DNA from: Candidatus Saliniplasma sp.
GTDB taxonomy: Archaea; Thermoplasmatota; Thermoplasmata; Halarchaeoplasmatales; Halarchaeoplasmataceae
Reading direction: 5' to 3'
Assembly (NCBI GenBank): GCA_046497075.1
Contig: JAWOGF010000054.1
Coordinates: 3,371-67,370 of the forward strand
DNA length: 64,000 bases
Part shown: one piece after another, positions 1-10,072 of the stretch
Position numbering within the stretch: position 1 is the first letter of the stretch
How the letters are laid out: every line of letters starts with the position of its first letter
Notes under the pieces: generated by a model
Database searches by the model: none
Told to the model about the DNA's origin: nothing
The model's input: only the letters and a program-made list of their open reading frames with translations
Program-made: the position numbers and the translations under genes

Positions 1-12
1 ATACGCTATCGT

Positions 13-714
13 TTAATCACAAAAACGAAATAAATAATCCTTGATTATTTTAGCATGGTCGAAAGCCAATTCTGGGATATCATCCTTTAGGAAATATTCT
101 GCTCCTTGAGCATCGCTTCCGCTAGAAAGTTTTCCACCTATGACCTTTAGTGAATATACAATAGACACGGTATGCCCCCTAGGATCCCTATCTGGGTCTG
201 AATATACATCTACTAACCTTTTTATCTCAGTTTTCAAACCCGTTTCCTCCTTTATTTCTCTTACAACCGCCTCTTCTACCAACTCGTTGTATTCTACAAA
301 ACCACCGGGTAGAGCATATTTCCCTTTGAATGGAGGATTTTTCCTCTCTATCAACAGTATCTCATCTTTTTGTTGTATGATCCCGTCTACGGTGAGAGAA
401 GGTTTTTCATAGATATCTCCACGGTGTTTTTTCTTCATCTCCTCGTATTTTTCTAACAGGCCCGTACCGAACTTAGACAGTTTTGTCCCCCCTCCTTTAT
501 CTCCTCCCCTTTTTGAAACAACGACATTTTCATCAGCAGCCTCCTCAATTTTTTTGATGATCCCCCAGGCATGTCTATAGGACATGTCCATCTTCTCTGC
601 AGCTTCCGTTAAAGACCCTGTTTTTTCGATCAAAGTTAACAATTCTTTTCTACCTTCGCCCAGTACGAATCTATCCCCTTTTTTAAGCATGCATTTACAT
701 TCAAGATGATACAT
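13..714 (-). CDS. ModE-type winged-helix domain fused to a C-terminal Nudix hydrolase (ADP-ribose pyrophosphatase-like)
   Basis: N-term LLTLIEKTGSLTEAAEKMDMSYRHAW...RGGDKGGGT is the ModE HTH pattern; C-term has a full Nudix box GGFVEYNELVEEAVVREIKEETGL plus RDPR and LAFDH. Confidence 0.85.
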   Translation of the reverse strand: MYHLECKCMLKKGDRFVLGEGRKELLTLIEKTGSLTEAAEKMDMSYRHAWGIIKKIEEAADENVVVSKRGGDKGGGTKLSKFGTGLLEKYEEMKKKHRGDIYEKPSLTVDGIIQQKDEILLIERKNPPFKGKYALPGGFVEYNELVEEAVVREIKEETGLKTEIKRLVDVYSDPDRDPRGHTVSIVYSLKVIGGKLSSGSDAQGAEYFLKDDIPELAFDHAKIIKDYLFRFCD

Positions 715-774
715 ATTTTACTTAATGTAGGTGTTGTTATTATATCTCTCGGTGTTTACCTCAGTAATAAAAGA

Positions 775-1725
775 TTAAAAAATATAAATATAGGAGATTA
801 TGATTAGAGCACTCAATGTTATTTCTATAGCCCAGATTATTGAGACCAACTGCCATTCTTTTAATCTGAAACGCTTCACTAGAAAATGGGTCAAACTCTC
901 TATTTTATCGGTTCTACTATAGAGATAACCGTTCTCACCGGGGACAGCGAAATTTTCTGCTTTGAATCCTCCTTTGAATTTCAGAAAGAATTCAGCGATC
1001 ATAGGTAAAAATAAGATAATACCTGGTGTGATAAGATCACTCAATATAGCAGCTATACCGATAGCGGCTCCGCTGAATAAAGTAAAAGTATCGCCTGGAA
1101 AGATAAGGGAGGGATATAGGTTGAAAACCCCAAATCCCATTACAGCACCTAGAAGAGGAAATAATATATAAAATCCAAGATTAGGCCCCCCTTCTAGATA
1201 TATCAGAATTATCAAAGATGTGGATATTATAATAGCCAATCCAGCGCCTAGACCGTTGAAACCTTCAAGCATGTTTGAGGCATTAGCTGCACATGTTACC
1301 CCGAAAGGTACTATCAGTAGAAGTATATAGGGATGCTCTATCCTAAACCCAAAAAATTCCAGTGATCTTCCCATCATCTGTATTCCGAATGGTATCGTAA
1401 AAAGGTAGGGCAGTAAAGCCTTTGCTCTTTGTCGGACATTTACCATATCGTCCACCATCCCAATCAGTCCTGCACCGATGATCCCTATCAAAGCAGTCAA
1501 AAAGAACGGTTCATCGAGTCCCCTTTTTTCCGCTAAGAGTAATGATAACCCTACTACGAATCCCATCAACGCAGATAATCCCCCCATCTCTGGGACATGT
1601 GGTTTATGTTTCTTATGCATATCTTTCCCATTGATCCCAGCATGCCCGAAACTCTTGATCTGCCATTTAGTGATTAGCAAGGAAACGAAAAAGGCGATTA
1701 ATATCGATATCGAAACTATCCACAT
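775..1725 (-). CDS. Polyprenyl-phosphate HexNAc-1-phosphate transferase (MraY/GPT/AglH family)
   Basis: Multi-TM protein; motifs VPEMGG, GMVDD, ANASNMLEGFNG, IFPGD. Confidence 0.85.
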   Translation of the reverse strand: MWIVSISILIAFFVSLLITKWQIKSFGHAGINGKDMHKKHKPHVPEMGGLSALMGFVVGLSLLLAEKRGLDEPFFLTALIGIIGAGLIGMVDDMVNVRQRAKALLPYLFTIPFGIQMMGRSLEFFGFRIEHPYILLLIVPFGVTCAANASNMLEGFNGLGAGLAIIISTSLIILIYLEGGPNLGFYILFPLLGAVMGFGVFNLYPSLIFPGDTFTLFSGAAIGIAAILSDLITPGIILFLPMIAEFFLKFKGGFKAENFAVPGENGYLYSRTDKIESLTHFLVKRFRLKEWQLVSIIWAIEITLSALIIISYIYIF

Positions 1726-1834
1726 TTTATTCCTCTTTATTTGAACTTTCGTTCAAATTTGGTAAATGTTATATCTAGATAAAACGAATCTTTTCTCATA
1801 TATAAGTATTGTTTGTCTGATAGTACAATGGTGT

Positions 1835-2818
1835 TTAAAGTAATAACCATGCGGAGAACGATGAAAGGAAAACCAGTGCGTACATAATAATTGTGGTCTG
1901 TCTTTCATCCAAAGACCAAATAGAAGGAAATAACCACATCAGAGTTTTCGCGTTAGGGGGGTCTATATTCCCATCTTCATCTACTTTTCCAAATTTTTCG
2001 TGTTTCTCACCTCTTTCGGAAAGGAACCAATATGCTACCATCAGGAAATTTATAGTTAGAGGGAGCAGGCATACGAATGTAAATGCTTCTAGGTTTCCTA
2101 GCAATGCCGTAACCCCGATTGTTGCTCCCATCATCATATCACCACAGTCTCCAGGAAAAACTCCTGCTGGATTTATATTGTAGGAAAGGAAGGCTAACGT
2201 GGCACCCATGAAAGGAAATATAAAGAATAGTACATCGGTATTCCCTATTTCGACGAGCTTTAAAGTTAGGAAAGAAAGGATTATTATCATCGTTCCTGCA
2301 GATTGACCGTTGTAATATGAATACATGTTGAGAAGGTTTGCACATACCATTATGTAGACGGGCATGAATAGTATCAAATAGACTATACCGAACTCTAGTG
2401 TACCTAAACCGGGTAGATACAAGGAAGTATCTACATATCTAATCAGAGGAAAAGCAAAAAATAAAGGTATGATTATTTTAACAATCTCGCTATGAGTAAA
2501 TCTAAGAGCCCCTCCAACGCCTACTATATCATCTACTAACCCGAAAAAGAAATACAATATAAGAACGAAAGTTATGAGATAGGAAACTGAGGGTATAGTA
2601 TAAAAAGAGCTTAAAATTAGTAAACCAGTTAGATAAGCAAAAGCGATCCCTATACCACCCATCTCTGCTACAGACGGATATCCCAATTTGTACATGTCCC
2701 GGCCTGTGAAACCTTCAGTTCTCAACTTCTTGAGAAGGGGTTTAAATATGAAGATACCTATTATGTAGGTTAACAGCAGAGTTGTAGTCAACAAAAGTTT
2801 AATTTCCACGTTAAACAC
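1835..2818 (-). CDS. Second, more divergent MraY/GPT/AglH-family transferase
   Basis: Motifs VAEMGG, GLVDD, ANLLNMYSYYNG, VFPGD; multi-TM. Confidence 0.8.
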   Translation of the reverse strand: MFNVEIKLLLTTTLLLTYIIGIFIFKPLLKKLRTEGFTGRDMYKLGYPSVAEMGGIGIAFAYLTGLLILSSFYTIPSVSYLITFVLILYFFFGLVDDIVGVGGALRFTHSEIVKIIIPLFFAFPLIRYVDTSLYLPGLGTLEFGIVYLILFMPVYIMVCANLLNMYSYYNGQSAGTMIIILSFLTLKLVEIGNTDVLFFIFPFMGATLAFLSYNINPAGVFPGDCGDMMMGATIGVTALLGNLEAFTFVCLLPLTINFLMVAYWFLSERGEKHEKFGKVDEDGNIDPPNAKTLMWLFPSIWSLDERQTTIIMYALVFLSSFSAWLLL

Positions 2819-3023
2819 AAGGAGATAAATGTACTCCTATTATTAAAATGTTTGAGATAATGGAATACAAAATTTGAAACATATCGACGGAAAGATTAGA
2901 TCATGATGGAAACACATAAATAATAGTTTTTCCTAACAACGCTTAGGAAGTTTTTAGAAAACCTTTTATTTAATGAAGACTAATTGAAATACGATTTAAT
3001 TTAATTGGGTTGAGAGTGAAAAC

Positions 3024-3689
3024 ATGGATGAAATCGATGATATGAAAAAGAAAGGTACTACGACCGTAGGGATAGTATGCGATGGTGGAGTAGTTCTTGC
3101 TACGGAAAAAAGAGCTACTAAAGGTCATATGATAGCTCATAAAGATACCCGTAAACTTTTCCAGATAGGGGACAACATGGCGTTAACTATTTCAGGTCTT
3201 GTTGGTGACGGACAGGCTATATCGAGATTCCTGAGTTCCGAGGTAGAGTTATACAGATTGAAAAGGAATAAGGATATGAGTGTAAAAGCAGCTTCCACTT
3301 TATTGTCTAATATGTTATTAGGTCGAAGAATGATGCCGTACTTCGTAGGTCTGCTGGTAGGTGGTGTGGATGATGATGGTGGACATGTTTATTCTTTAGA
3401 TATGGCCGGAGGAGCAATCTCCGATGATTATGTATCTGAAGGATCTGGTTCTCCATTTGTTTACGGAGTACTTGAAGACCATTATGAAACAGGTATGAGT
3501 GTTGAAGACGGTGTTGACCTAGCGGTTTTATGCTTACTCGTTTCAAGCAGCAGAGATTCAGCTTCAGGTGATGGGATACGTGTAGCAAAGATAAAGAGGG
3601 ATATAGGGTTCGAGGAGATTGATGAAGAAGAGATCGATAAACGTATTTCAAAAGTACGTAAAGAGAAGAAAAATTTACCACCATTATGA
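3024..3689 (+). CDS. psmB: Proteasome beta subunit
   Basis: Short propeptide then G/TTTVG autoprocessing site; GSGS motif; RDSASG. Confidence 0.95.
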   Translation: MDEIDDMKKKGTTTVGIVCDGGVVLATEKRATKGHMIAHKDTRKLFQIGDNMALTISGLVGDGQAISRFLSSEVELYRLKRNKDMSVKAASTLLSNMLLGRRMMPYFVGLLVGGVDDDGGHVYSLDMAGGAISDDYVSEGSGSPFVYGVLEDHYETGMSVEDGVDLAVLCLLVSSSRDSASGDGIRVAKIKRDIGFEEIDEEEIDKRISKVRKEKKNLPPL

Positions 3690-3746
3690 ACCATTTGTCG
3701 ATAGTAGTGATGAGATGATAAACTGGAGATAGTAGCAATATAAAGA

Positions 3747-5669
3747 GTGAACAATATGAGTGTTGAAGATATTTTGAACGATGCAAAAGAAGCAATTCGG
3801 GAAGTTCTTCCTAGACCTGTAAATGTGACTAATATAGAGTTTGAGGGTTCTACCATCGTTATTTATACAAAAGATTTGGACGCCTTCACGAAGGAATCTG
3901 GGATAGTTAAAAAACTTGCAGAGAAGGTTAAAAGGAGGATATCCATCAGACCTGATGCTTCGTTATTGGATAATCCCGAAGAAGCCGAAGGGAAAATTAA
4001 TGAGATTATCCCGGACGAAGCTAAAGTAACAGATATGTTCTTTAAGGAAGATTTAGGGGAAGTCACAATCGAAGCAGAAGCTCCGGGTATAGCCATAGGT
4101 AAGAAAGGGAAGGTCTTGAATGAGATAAAAAGAAAAACTGGATGGGCACCAGATGTGGTGAGAGCCCCGCCTATTGAGTCAAAGACTGTAAAAGACATCA
4201 GAAGTTATTTAAGAACTGTAAGAACTCAAAGGAGAAAGTTCCTCAATACACTAGGTAGGAAGATAAATAGAGATACACGTTCAGGGGAAACTTTTGCAAG
4301 GATAACAGCCCTTGGCGGTTATAGAGAAGTAGGAAGATCCGCTCATCTTCTGCACACTCGAGATAGTAAGGTCCTAATTGACTGCGGTGCTGATGTATCA
4401 TCTGATGATGACGGTACCCCTTACCTCAATGCCCCTGAACTGCTGCCATTAGATAATATAGATGGCATAATTCTGACCCACGCCCACCTTGACCACAGTG
4501 GTTTGATACCCGCACTTTATAAATATGGTTTTGAAGGCCCTGTTTACTGTACCTCACCAACGAGAGATCTTGCAGCTCTATTACAACTAGATTATATCAA
4601 GGTCGCTGTTGGGGAAGCTAGAGACCCTCCCTATAAATCTTCACATGTTAGGGAAGCAGTGAAGCACACAATCCCTTTAGAATATGGGGAGACAACCGAC
4701 ATAGCACCCGATATAAGACTGACACTTCATAATGCAGGCCATATATTAGGTTCTGCTGTAGCTCATCTTCATATCGGAGACGGGGATTATAATGTTGCTT
4801 TTACAGGGGATATAAAATATGATAATACATGGTTGTTTAATCAAGCTGTAAATAAGTTCCCTCGGATAGAAACCGTGGTTATGGAGTCTACTTATGGTGG
4901 ATATCATGATCTACAACCCAGTCGAAGAGATGCTGTAGCCCAGCTAAAAGATATTTTGGAACAACAACTTAAAAAGGAGGGCGGAAAAGTTCTTATCCCG
5001 GTTTTTGCAGTAGGTAGATCACAGGAAGTCATGCTTGTTATCGAAGAAGCTATGAATAAAGGTGAGATGCCTGAAGCGCCAGTATATCTAGATGGTATGA
5101 TCTGGGAGGCAACAGCCATCCATACCGCCTATCCCGAATTTTTAAATAACAAACTCAAGAAAAAGATATTCCATCAAGACGAAAACCCATTCTTGTCAGA
5201 TATATTTAATCAGGTGGATAGCAGAGATATGAGGGAGGGGATATGTGATAGCTCAGAACCCGCCATCGTTTTAGCGACTGCAGGTATGATGAACGGGGGA
5301 CCGGTATTAGAATATTTCAAGGCGTGGGGAGATGACCCTGAATCCGCTATTATCTTTGTTGGGTATCAGGCCGATGGAACCATAGGAGATAGGATCCAAA
5401 AGGAATACGATCATATTACATTGACACAGAATGGAGATCCTATTGATATAAAGGTGAATCTCAAAGTACATACCTGTGAAGGCTTCTCTGGCCATAGTGA
5501 CAGGATCCAACTACTTCATTATATAAGCAGTATGAAACCAAGTCCAGAAAGGGTACTGGTGAGTCACGGAGAAGAAGGGAAATGTACCAATCTAGCCAGC
5601 ACTATATATAAAAAATATGGGATGGAGACTAGAACCCCGAAAAATCTAGAAACTGTAAGATTATATTAG
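3747..5669 (+). CDS. fttA: Beta-CASP ribonuclease aCPSF1 / transcription termination factor FttA
   Basis: N-terminal KH domains, LGGYREVGRS, THAHLDH, AGHILG, ESTYG, FSGHSD; conserved position after psmB. Confidence 0.93.
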   Translation: MNNMSVEDILNDAKEAIREVLPRPVNVTNIEFEGSTIVIYTKDLDAFTKESGIVKKLAEKVKRRISIRPDASLLDNPEEAEGKINEIIPDEAKVTDMFFKEDLGEVTIEAEAPGIAIGKKGKVLNEIKRKTGWAPDVVRAPPIESKTVKDIRSYLRTVRTQRRKFLNTLGRKINRDTRSGETFARITALGGYREVGRSAHLLHTRDSKVLIDCGADVSSDDDGTPYLNAPELLPLDNIDGIILTHAHLDHSGLIPALYKYGFEGPVYCTSPTRDLAALLQLDYIKVAVGEARDPPYKSSHVREAVKHTIPLEYGETTDIAPDIRLTLHNAGHILGSAVAHLHIGDGDYNVAFTGDIKYDNTWLFNQAVNKFPRIETVVMESTYGGYHDLQPSRRDAVAQLKDILEQQLKKEGGKVLIPVFAVGRSQEVMLVIEEAMNKGEMPEAPVYLDGMIWEATAIHTAYPEFLNNKLKKKIFHQDENPFLSDIFNQVDSRDMREGICDSSEPAIVLATAGMMNGGPVLEYFKAWGDDPESAIIFVGYQADGTIGDRIQKEYDHITLTQNGDPIDIKVNLKVHTCEGFSGHSDRIQLLHYISSMKPSPERVLVSHGEEGKCTNLASTIYKKYGMETRTPKNLETVRLY

Positions 5670-5692
5670 TCTTATACATTATTAGTCTTATA
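5664..5692. repeat. Short direct repeat TATTAGTCTTATA x2 (16-bp period) at the convergent fttA/rps2 junction
   Basis: Copies at 5664-5676 and 5680-5692. Confidence 0.6.
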
Positions 5693-6308
5693 ATTCTTGT
5701 TCGAAATCTTCCATCTCGAATGGAAAATCTTCTCTTTTTTCTATGTCTCCTTTTATCATGGCCATCTCTCTTGCTAGAAGCCAAAATACCAACGCAAGAG
5801 CTTTCCTACCTTTATTATTTGTAGGAAGTGCGATATCGATATTTTCTAGTCTATTATTGGTATCTACAAGTCCTATTAAAGGGATACCTATACCTACTGC
5901 CTCTCTAACAGCCTGTCTGTCTGCAGCAGGATCTACTACCAACATTATCTCAGGTTCGATAAATGAGTGTAGTGAGGGATTGGTCAGTGTACCCGGGATG
6001 AATCTACCTGCTAAACTCATTGTACCCACTATCTCAGAAAATTTTTCAATGGGTTTCTTTCCGTACTGTCTCGCAGAAACCAAAAGTATCCTTTCGGGAG
6101 GATAACGAGATAGCAATTTTGCAACAGATGTGATTCTGCTGTCACTTTTATTAACGTCCAAAACGAATAGACCGTCGTCTCTCACTTTAAAGATAAAATC
6201 CTCCATCGAAGCGCTTTTTTGCTGTGTTCCGATGTGGACACCTGCAGTCAAATATTGCTCTTCTGGTATTAGCATATCTTCTTCATCTTCAACCATACCT
6301 TCTTCCAT
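5688..6308 (-). CDS. rps2: 30S ribosomal protein S2
   Basis: AGVHIGTQQK, GRFIPGTLTNP, PTNNKGRKAL. Confidence 0.96.
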   Translation of the reverse strand: MEEGMVEDEEDMLIPEEQYLTAGVHIGTQQKSASMEDFIFKVRDDGLFVLDVNKSDSRITSVAKLLSRYPPERILLVSARQYGKKPIEKFSEIVGTMSLAGRFIPGTLTNPSLHSFIEPEIMLVVDPAADRQAVREAVGIGIPLIGLVDTNNRLENIDIALPTNNKGRKALALVFWLLAREMAMIKGDIEKREDFPFEMEDFEQEL

Positions 6309-6310
6309 TG

Positions 6311-6490
6311 TTATTCCTCTCTTAAAACTGAGATGGGTATTACACCTTTGTCGTATTCAGCCACGGCGATATCCACGGGATCTATCATATCTACTGGTAC
6401 TTCTATCAGTGGTGGAGCCCCCATGGATATCTGTAATGATCTTGCGCCTATTATCCTAGCCTTTTCAAATCGGGTGTGTTCCCTTGTCAT
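6311..6490 (-). CDS. rpoK: RNA polymerase subunit K (Rpo6)
   Basis: [21 protein letters not shown]; start probably ATG at 6490 rather than 6523. Confidence 0.93.
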   Translation of the reverse strand: MTREHTRFEKARIIGARSLQISMGAPPLIEVPVDMIDPVDIAVAEYDKGVIPISVLREE

Positions 6491-6596
6491 ATTTACTAAT
6501 CCATCTACCCAAAACAAAGTCATATAATAAGCTTTTTGTTCGACTTAGGCCTTTTTTCCCTAATCTTATATACATCTTACGCTTTCAACGGGTTGC

Positions 6597-7217
6597 ATGG
6601 CACATAAGGTAGTGGTTTTGCTTTCAGGAGGGATAGATTCTCCCGTCGCCGCACATATGTTCGCTGAGGCGGGTGCTGAAGTATTTTTGCTTAATATAGA
6701 CCATAGGCCTTTTACTGATGATAAAACCCTAGAAAATGTGGACAATCTAACTAATAGATTAAGAGAGATCCATCCCGATATTCGCTCTTATCGGGCAAAA
6801 TTTGAAGATATCCATAAAGCAATAACGAAAAATACAGAATCTAGCTTTAGGTGTATCCTTTGTAGACGGATGATGTACAGGGCCGCTGAGAAACTAGCAG
6901 AAAAAGTGGATGCCTCCTCTATAGCTACTGGAGAATCACTAGGTCAGGTAGCATCTCAAACTTTATCTAATCTAGCAACAGAGGATAATGCTGTAGAGAT
7001 CTCTATTCATAGACCGTTGATCGGTTTAGACAAAAATGAAATAATCGATATAGCTAAAGAGATCGGAACCTATGACATATCGATAAAACCGGCTGTTTGC
7101 TGTTTACTCACACCTAAAGGACCCAGGATAAAAAGTTCAGATGGGGATGTTTTACGTGAAGAAAAGAAGATAGAGATGGAAGAATTGTTAGATAGATTGG
7201 ACTTTTTTGAATTTTAA
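6597..7217 (+). CDS. ThiI/TtuI-like PP-loop sulfurtransferase, catalytic domain only (no THUMP)
   Basis: SGGIDS PP-loop, CILCRRMM, TGESLGQVASQTL, RPLIGLDK, distal CC; only 206 aa. Confidence 0.8.
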   Translation: MAHKVVVLLSGGIDSPVAAHMFAEAGAEVFLLNIDHRPFTDDKTLENVDNLTNRLREIHPDIRSYRAKFEDIHKAITKNTESSFRCILCRRMMYRAAEKLAEKVDASSIATGESLGQVASQTLSNLATEDNAVEISIHRPLIGLDKNEIIDIAKEIGTYDISIKPAVCCLLTPKGPRIKSSDGDVLREEKKIEMEELLDRLDFFEF

Positions 7218-7227
7218 GCTTAGATAT

Positions 7228-8232
7228 TTATCTTCCAATATAGTCGGCATAAAGGCTTTTCGCTTTGTTGATATCTTCAGTTCCCTTGATAATGACTCTA
7301 CCATTTTTAAAGATATTTAATTCATAGTTTTCTACATTTAACCTGACTAGATGTTCGCCTATCTTTTTTGCTTCTCTATACCTTTTTACGAAATCATCGA
7401 GATTTACTTCGTCTTTATCTGATGGCGTTATTTGGACTGCTTCTCGTCCACACAACTTTACTGTTTCGTCTTCTTTTCCTTCGAGATATTTAAAATCATA
7501 ATTAACACAGCAGTTACAATCTTCCTTTTTCCTCACTTCCGTCAAGTCGAATTCATTCCTCCAGAGATCAATAGTGAGGAGTTCTTTTCTATTTTTCATA
7601 CCTACCAGGAATTTCACGGCCTCCGTAGCAGCTATATTAGCGATAACACGGGGCAGTGTGAAAAGGATACCTTCAGATGCACACGTTCCTAGACTTTCAC
7701 TATTTGGTTGTTCAGGTATGAGGCACCTCAGACAGGGAGAATTCTCTGATGTGATATTCATAGTCATCCCATAGGTTCCAAGGACAGCGGAGTATATCCA
7801 TGGTATACCGTGTTTTATGCATGCATCATTCAATAAGAACCTCAATTTCATATTATCCGAAGCGTCCATAACTATGTCCGAACCCATTATCAAGTTCTCT
7901 ATATTTTTTGTATTAACATCCAACACGTGCCCTTCGATCATTATGTCAGAATTGATGGATCTTAACTTTTCTTCCGCGACTTCAGCCTTGGGCTTTCCGA
8001 TATCATTTTCATCGAAAAGCGTTTGTCTTTGAAGATTAGATAATTCCACAAAATCTCTATCCGCAATAATTATCTCACCCACACCACAGCGTGCTAACCC
8101 ATCCGCTAACACAGTACCAAGTGCTCCCTGACCCAAGATAGTCACTCTACTTTCGTCGATCCTACTTTGGCCCTCTTTTCCTATCTCTTTTAAAACTAAA
8201 TGTCTAGAGTACCTATCGGATAATTCGCTCAT
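7228..8232 (-). CDS. ThiF/MoeB (E1-like) adenylyltransferase with C-terminal extension
   Basis: RYSRH, GQGALG, DRDFVELSNLQRQ, CLRC, TCASEG, CNCC. Confidence 0.88.
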   Translation of the reverse strand: MSELSDRYSRHLVLKEIGKEGQSRIDESRVTILGQGALGTVLADGLARCGVGEIIIADRDFVELSNLQRQTLFDENDIGKPKAEVAEEKLRSINSDIMIEGHVLDVNTKNIENLIMGSDIVMDASDNMKLRFLLNDACIKHGIPWIYSAVLGTYGMTMNITSENSPCLRCLIPEQPNSESLGTCASEGILFTLPRVIANIAATEAVKFLVGMKNRKELLTIDLWRNEFDLTEVRKKEDCNCCVNYDFKYLEGKEDETVKLCGREAVQITPSDKDEVNLDDFVKRYREAKKIGEHLVRLNVENYELNIFKNGRVIIKGTEDINKAKSLYADYIGR

Positions 8233-8260
8233 GATTTAACGAACCTGATTATATTTAATA

Positions 8261-8302
8261 TATTTTTGTTTAGAATTCTTGTATTTTTGTTTAGGATTCT
8301 TG
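8261..8302. repeat. 21-bp tandem duplication (TATTTTTGTTTAGRATTCTTG x2) in a divergent promoter region
   Basis: 8261-8281 and 8282-8302, one mismatch. Confidence 0.85.
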
Positions 8303-8351
8303 AAGAGGTTTAGGAAAAATAATTAAGTATTGTAATTATATCTCCTACTCG

Positions 8352-10013
8352 ATGAAAAATAACTCCAAAATAATACTGTTATCTCTAATATCGATAACTT
8401 TATTTTCTTTGTTCATGAGAACTATACCTCTCTTTAGATATTCAATGTGGGGTATGGATTGTGGAGAATACGTTTATTATACTCAAAGATGGGTGAGTAC
8501 TGGTTCGTCATACCTAAGCATAGATGGTTGGGGACAAGCCTATCCTTTTTTTCCTGGAATGTTTGTTTTGAGCGGTACGTTTTCCTTGACCACCAATGTA
8601 TCAATCTTGAGTAGTACCGTTTTCCTACCTGTAATCATATCTTCTTTCGTTCCACTTCTAGTTTTTTTGATATCACATAAGATAACTAGAAAATGGAAAC
8701 CCTCCTTGATATCATCAATATTTCTCAGTTTAGTAGCCCCCTTCGTTTATAATTATTCTCAACCTAAACCTGAAACATTAGGATTCTTTTTGATGACTGT
8801 ATTCCTGATATTTTTCGTAACGCTATCTAGAGATAGTAAAAAGTTTTATCTTTTGATGATCCCTACTGCAGTGGCTTTAATTGTCACACATCATCTCACT
8901 ACGTACTTTACGATATTATTTATCCTAGGAGGTATCTTTTTCTCAGAATTTGTTAAAAGAAGGTCTGATGATAATAATCTCTATAAATTTTATTCATACC
9001 TTCTACTTACTACTATTGCCATTTCATTTTGGATGTTATACGCGGAGCCGTTCCGTAAAAATAGAATATACATGGCATTGGGTACCCCCTCCTATTCGAT
9101 AATCGCGGTTCCTTATATCATAATATTTGCAGCTTATGTAATTATCAAACTCAGAAGAAAATCAGGATATATGTTACCTATTAACATCCATAAGCAAAAT
9201 ATCAAGACTTTTCTGAAATTTGCAGTACCATCTCTTATAATCGGTGCAGTCTTACTTTTGTTAGCAGGATTCTATAGAGTACCGGGTAGAGATTTTAAAC
9301 TTAGTTATCAAGTCCTGTTTTATTTCCCTCTACTAATTTTAGGAATCCTAGCAGTTGAAGCGAGGAAGATAATAAAAGTATTTGGAGATGGTATGCATGT
9401 TGTAGGTTGGTTTTTATTTGGTTCTCTCTCGATGACCTTGGGGATATTAACAGAGGATTCCTCTCTTCTTCCTATGAGACAACTCTCCTTTTTACTGTTG
9501 CCGCTATCTATATTATTAGGGTTGGGTATAACCCAGATCTTCATCCTTTACAACCCGTTTAAGAAAAAAAGGAAAAAGGTCGTTATGGTCATTCTGATAT
9601 CTATCCTTCTTTTATGGTCCGTTCCTCTCACGTATCCAACGCAGGAAAGTGTGAGTGGTTATGAGGAAGGGAGTGATTGGGATGATTTAGAGGCGGGCAT
9701 ATGGAGCAGAAATATAGATGGAAAAATAGCTACTGACCATAGGATGAGTGCAGTTCTATTTGGGGTTGGTAACGAAAATCTTACGTGGATAGAAGGATAT
9801 GACATATACTTCTCTCAAGACCCAAGTGATATACGGGGAGAACTAGATGAATTTAATGTAAGTTACATCTTATGGGATCAAGAGATGTTGAACGGGGTAA
9901 CCACAAAACCTGGGATGACCCCTTATAGTTTTGATGAATCGACTCGAAATTATTATGGGATGAATCATTATTCGATATATCTAACTGAAGAATGCCAGAC
10001 GTATAAAGTTTAA
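8352..10013 (+). CDS. Multi-pass membrane protein, probable GT-C-fold (lipid-linked-sugar dependent) glycosyltransferase
   Basis: Many TM segments; acidic first external loop (GMDCGEY), YPFFPG, KPETLG, THHLT; soluble C-terminal domain. Function is inference. Confidence 0.5.
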   Translation: MKNNSKIILLSLISITLFSLFMRTIPLFRYSMWGMDCGEYVYYTQRWVSTGSSYLSIDGWGQAYPFFPGMFVLSGTFSLTTNVSILSSTVFLPVIISSFVPLLVFLISHKITRKWKPSLISSIFLSLVAPFVYNYSQPKPETLGFFLMTVFLIFFVTLSRDSKKFYLLMIPTAVALIVTHHLTTYFTILFILGGIFFSEFVKRRSDDNNLYKFYSYLLLTTIAISFWMLYAEPFRKNRIYMALGTPSYSIIAVPYIIIFAAYVIIKLRRKSGYMLPINIHKQNIKTFLKFAVPSLIIGAVLLLLAGFYRVPGRDFKLSYQVLFYFPLLILGILAVEARKIIKVFGDGMHVVGWFLFGSLSMTLGILTEDSSLLPMRQLSFLLLPLSILLGLGITQIFILYNPFKKKRKKVVMVILISILLLWSVPLTYPTQESVSGYEEGSDWDDLEAGIWSRNIDGKIATDHRMSAVLFGVGNENLTWIEGYDIYFSQDPSDIRGELDEFNVSYILWDQEMLNGVTTKPGMTPYSFDESTRNYYGMNHYSIYLTEECQTYKV

Positions 10014-10072
10014 AATTCTTTAATCGAAACGTTTATTTTGATTAGAACTGATAAGAATAGTAAAAGATAAGC

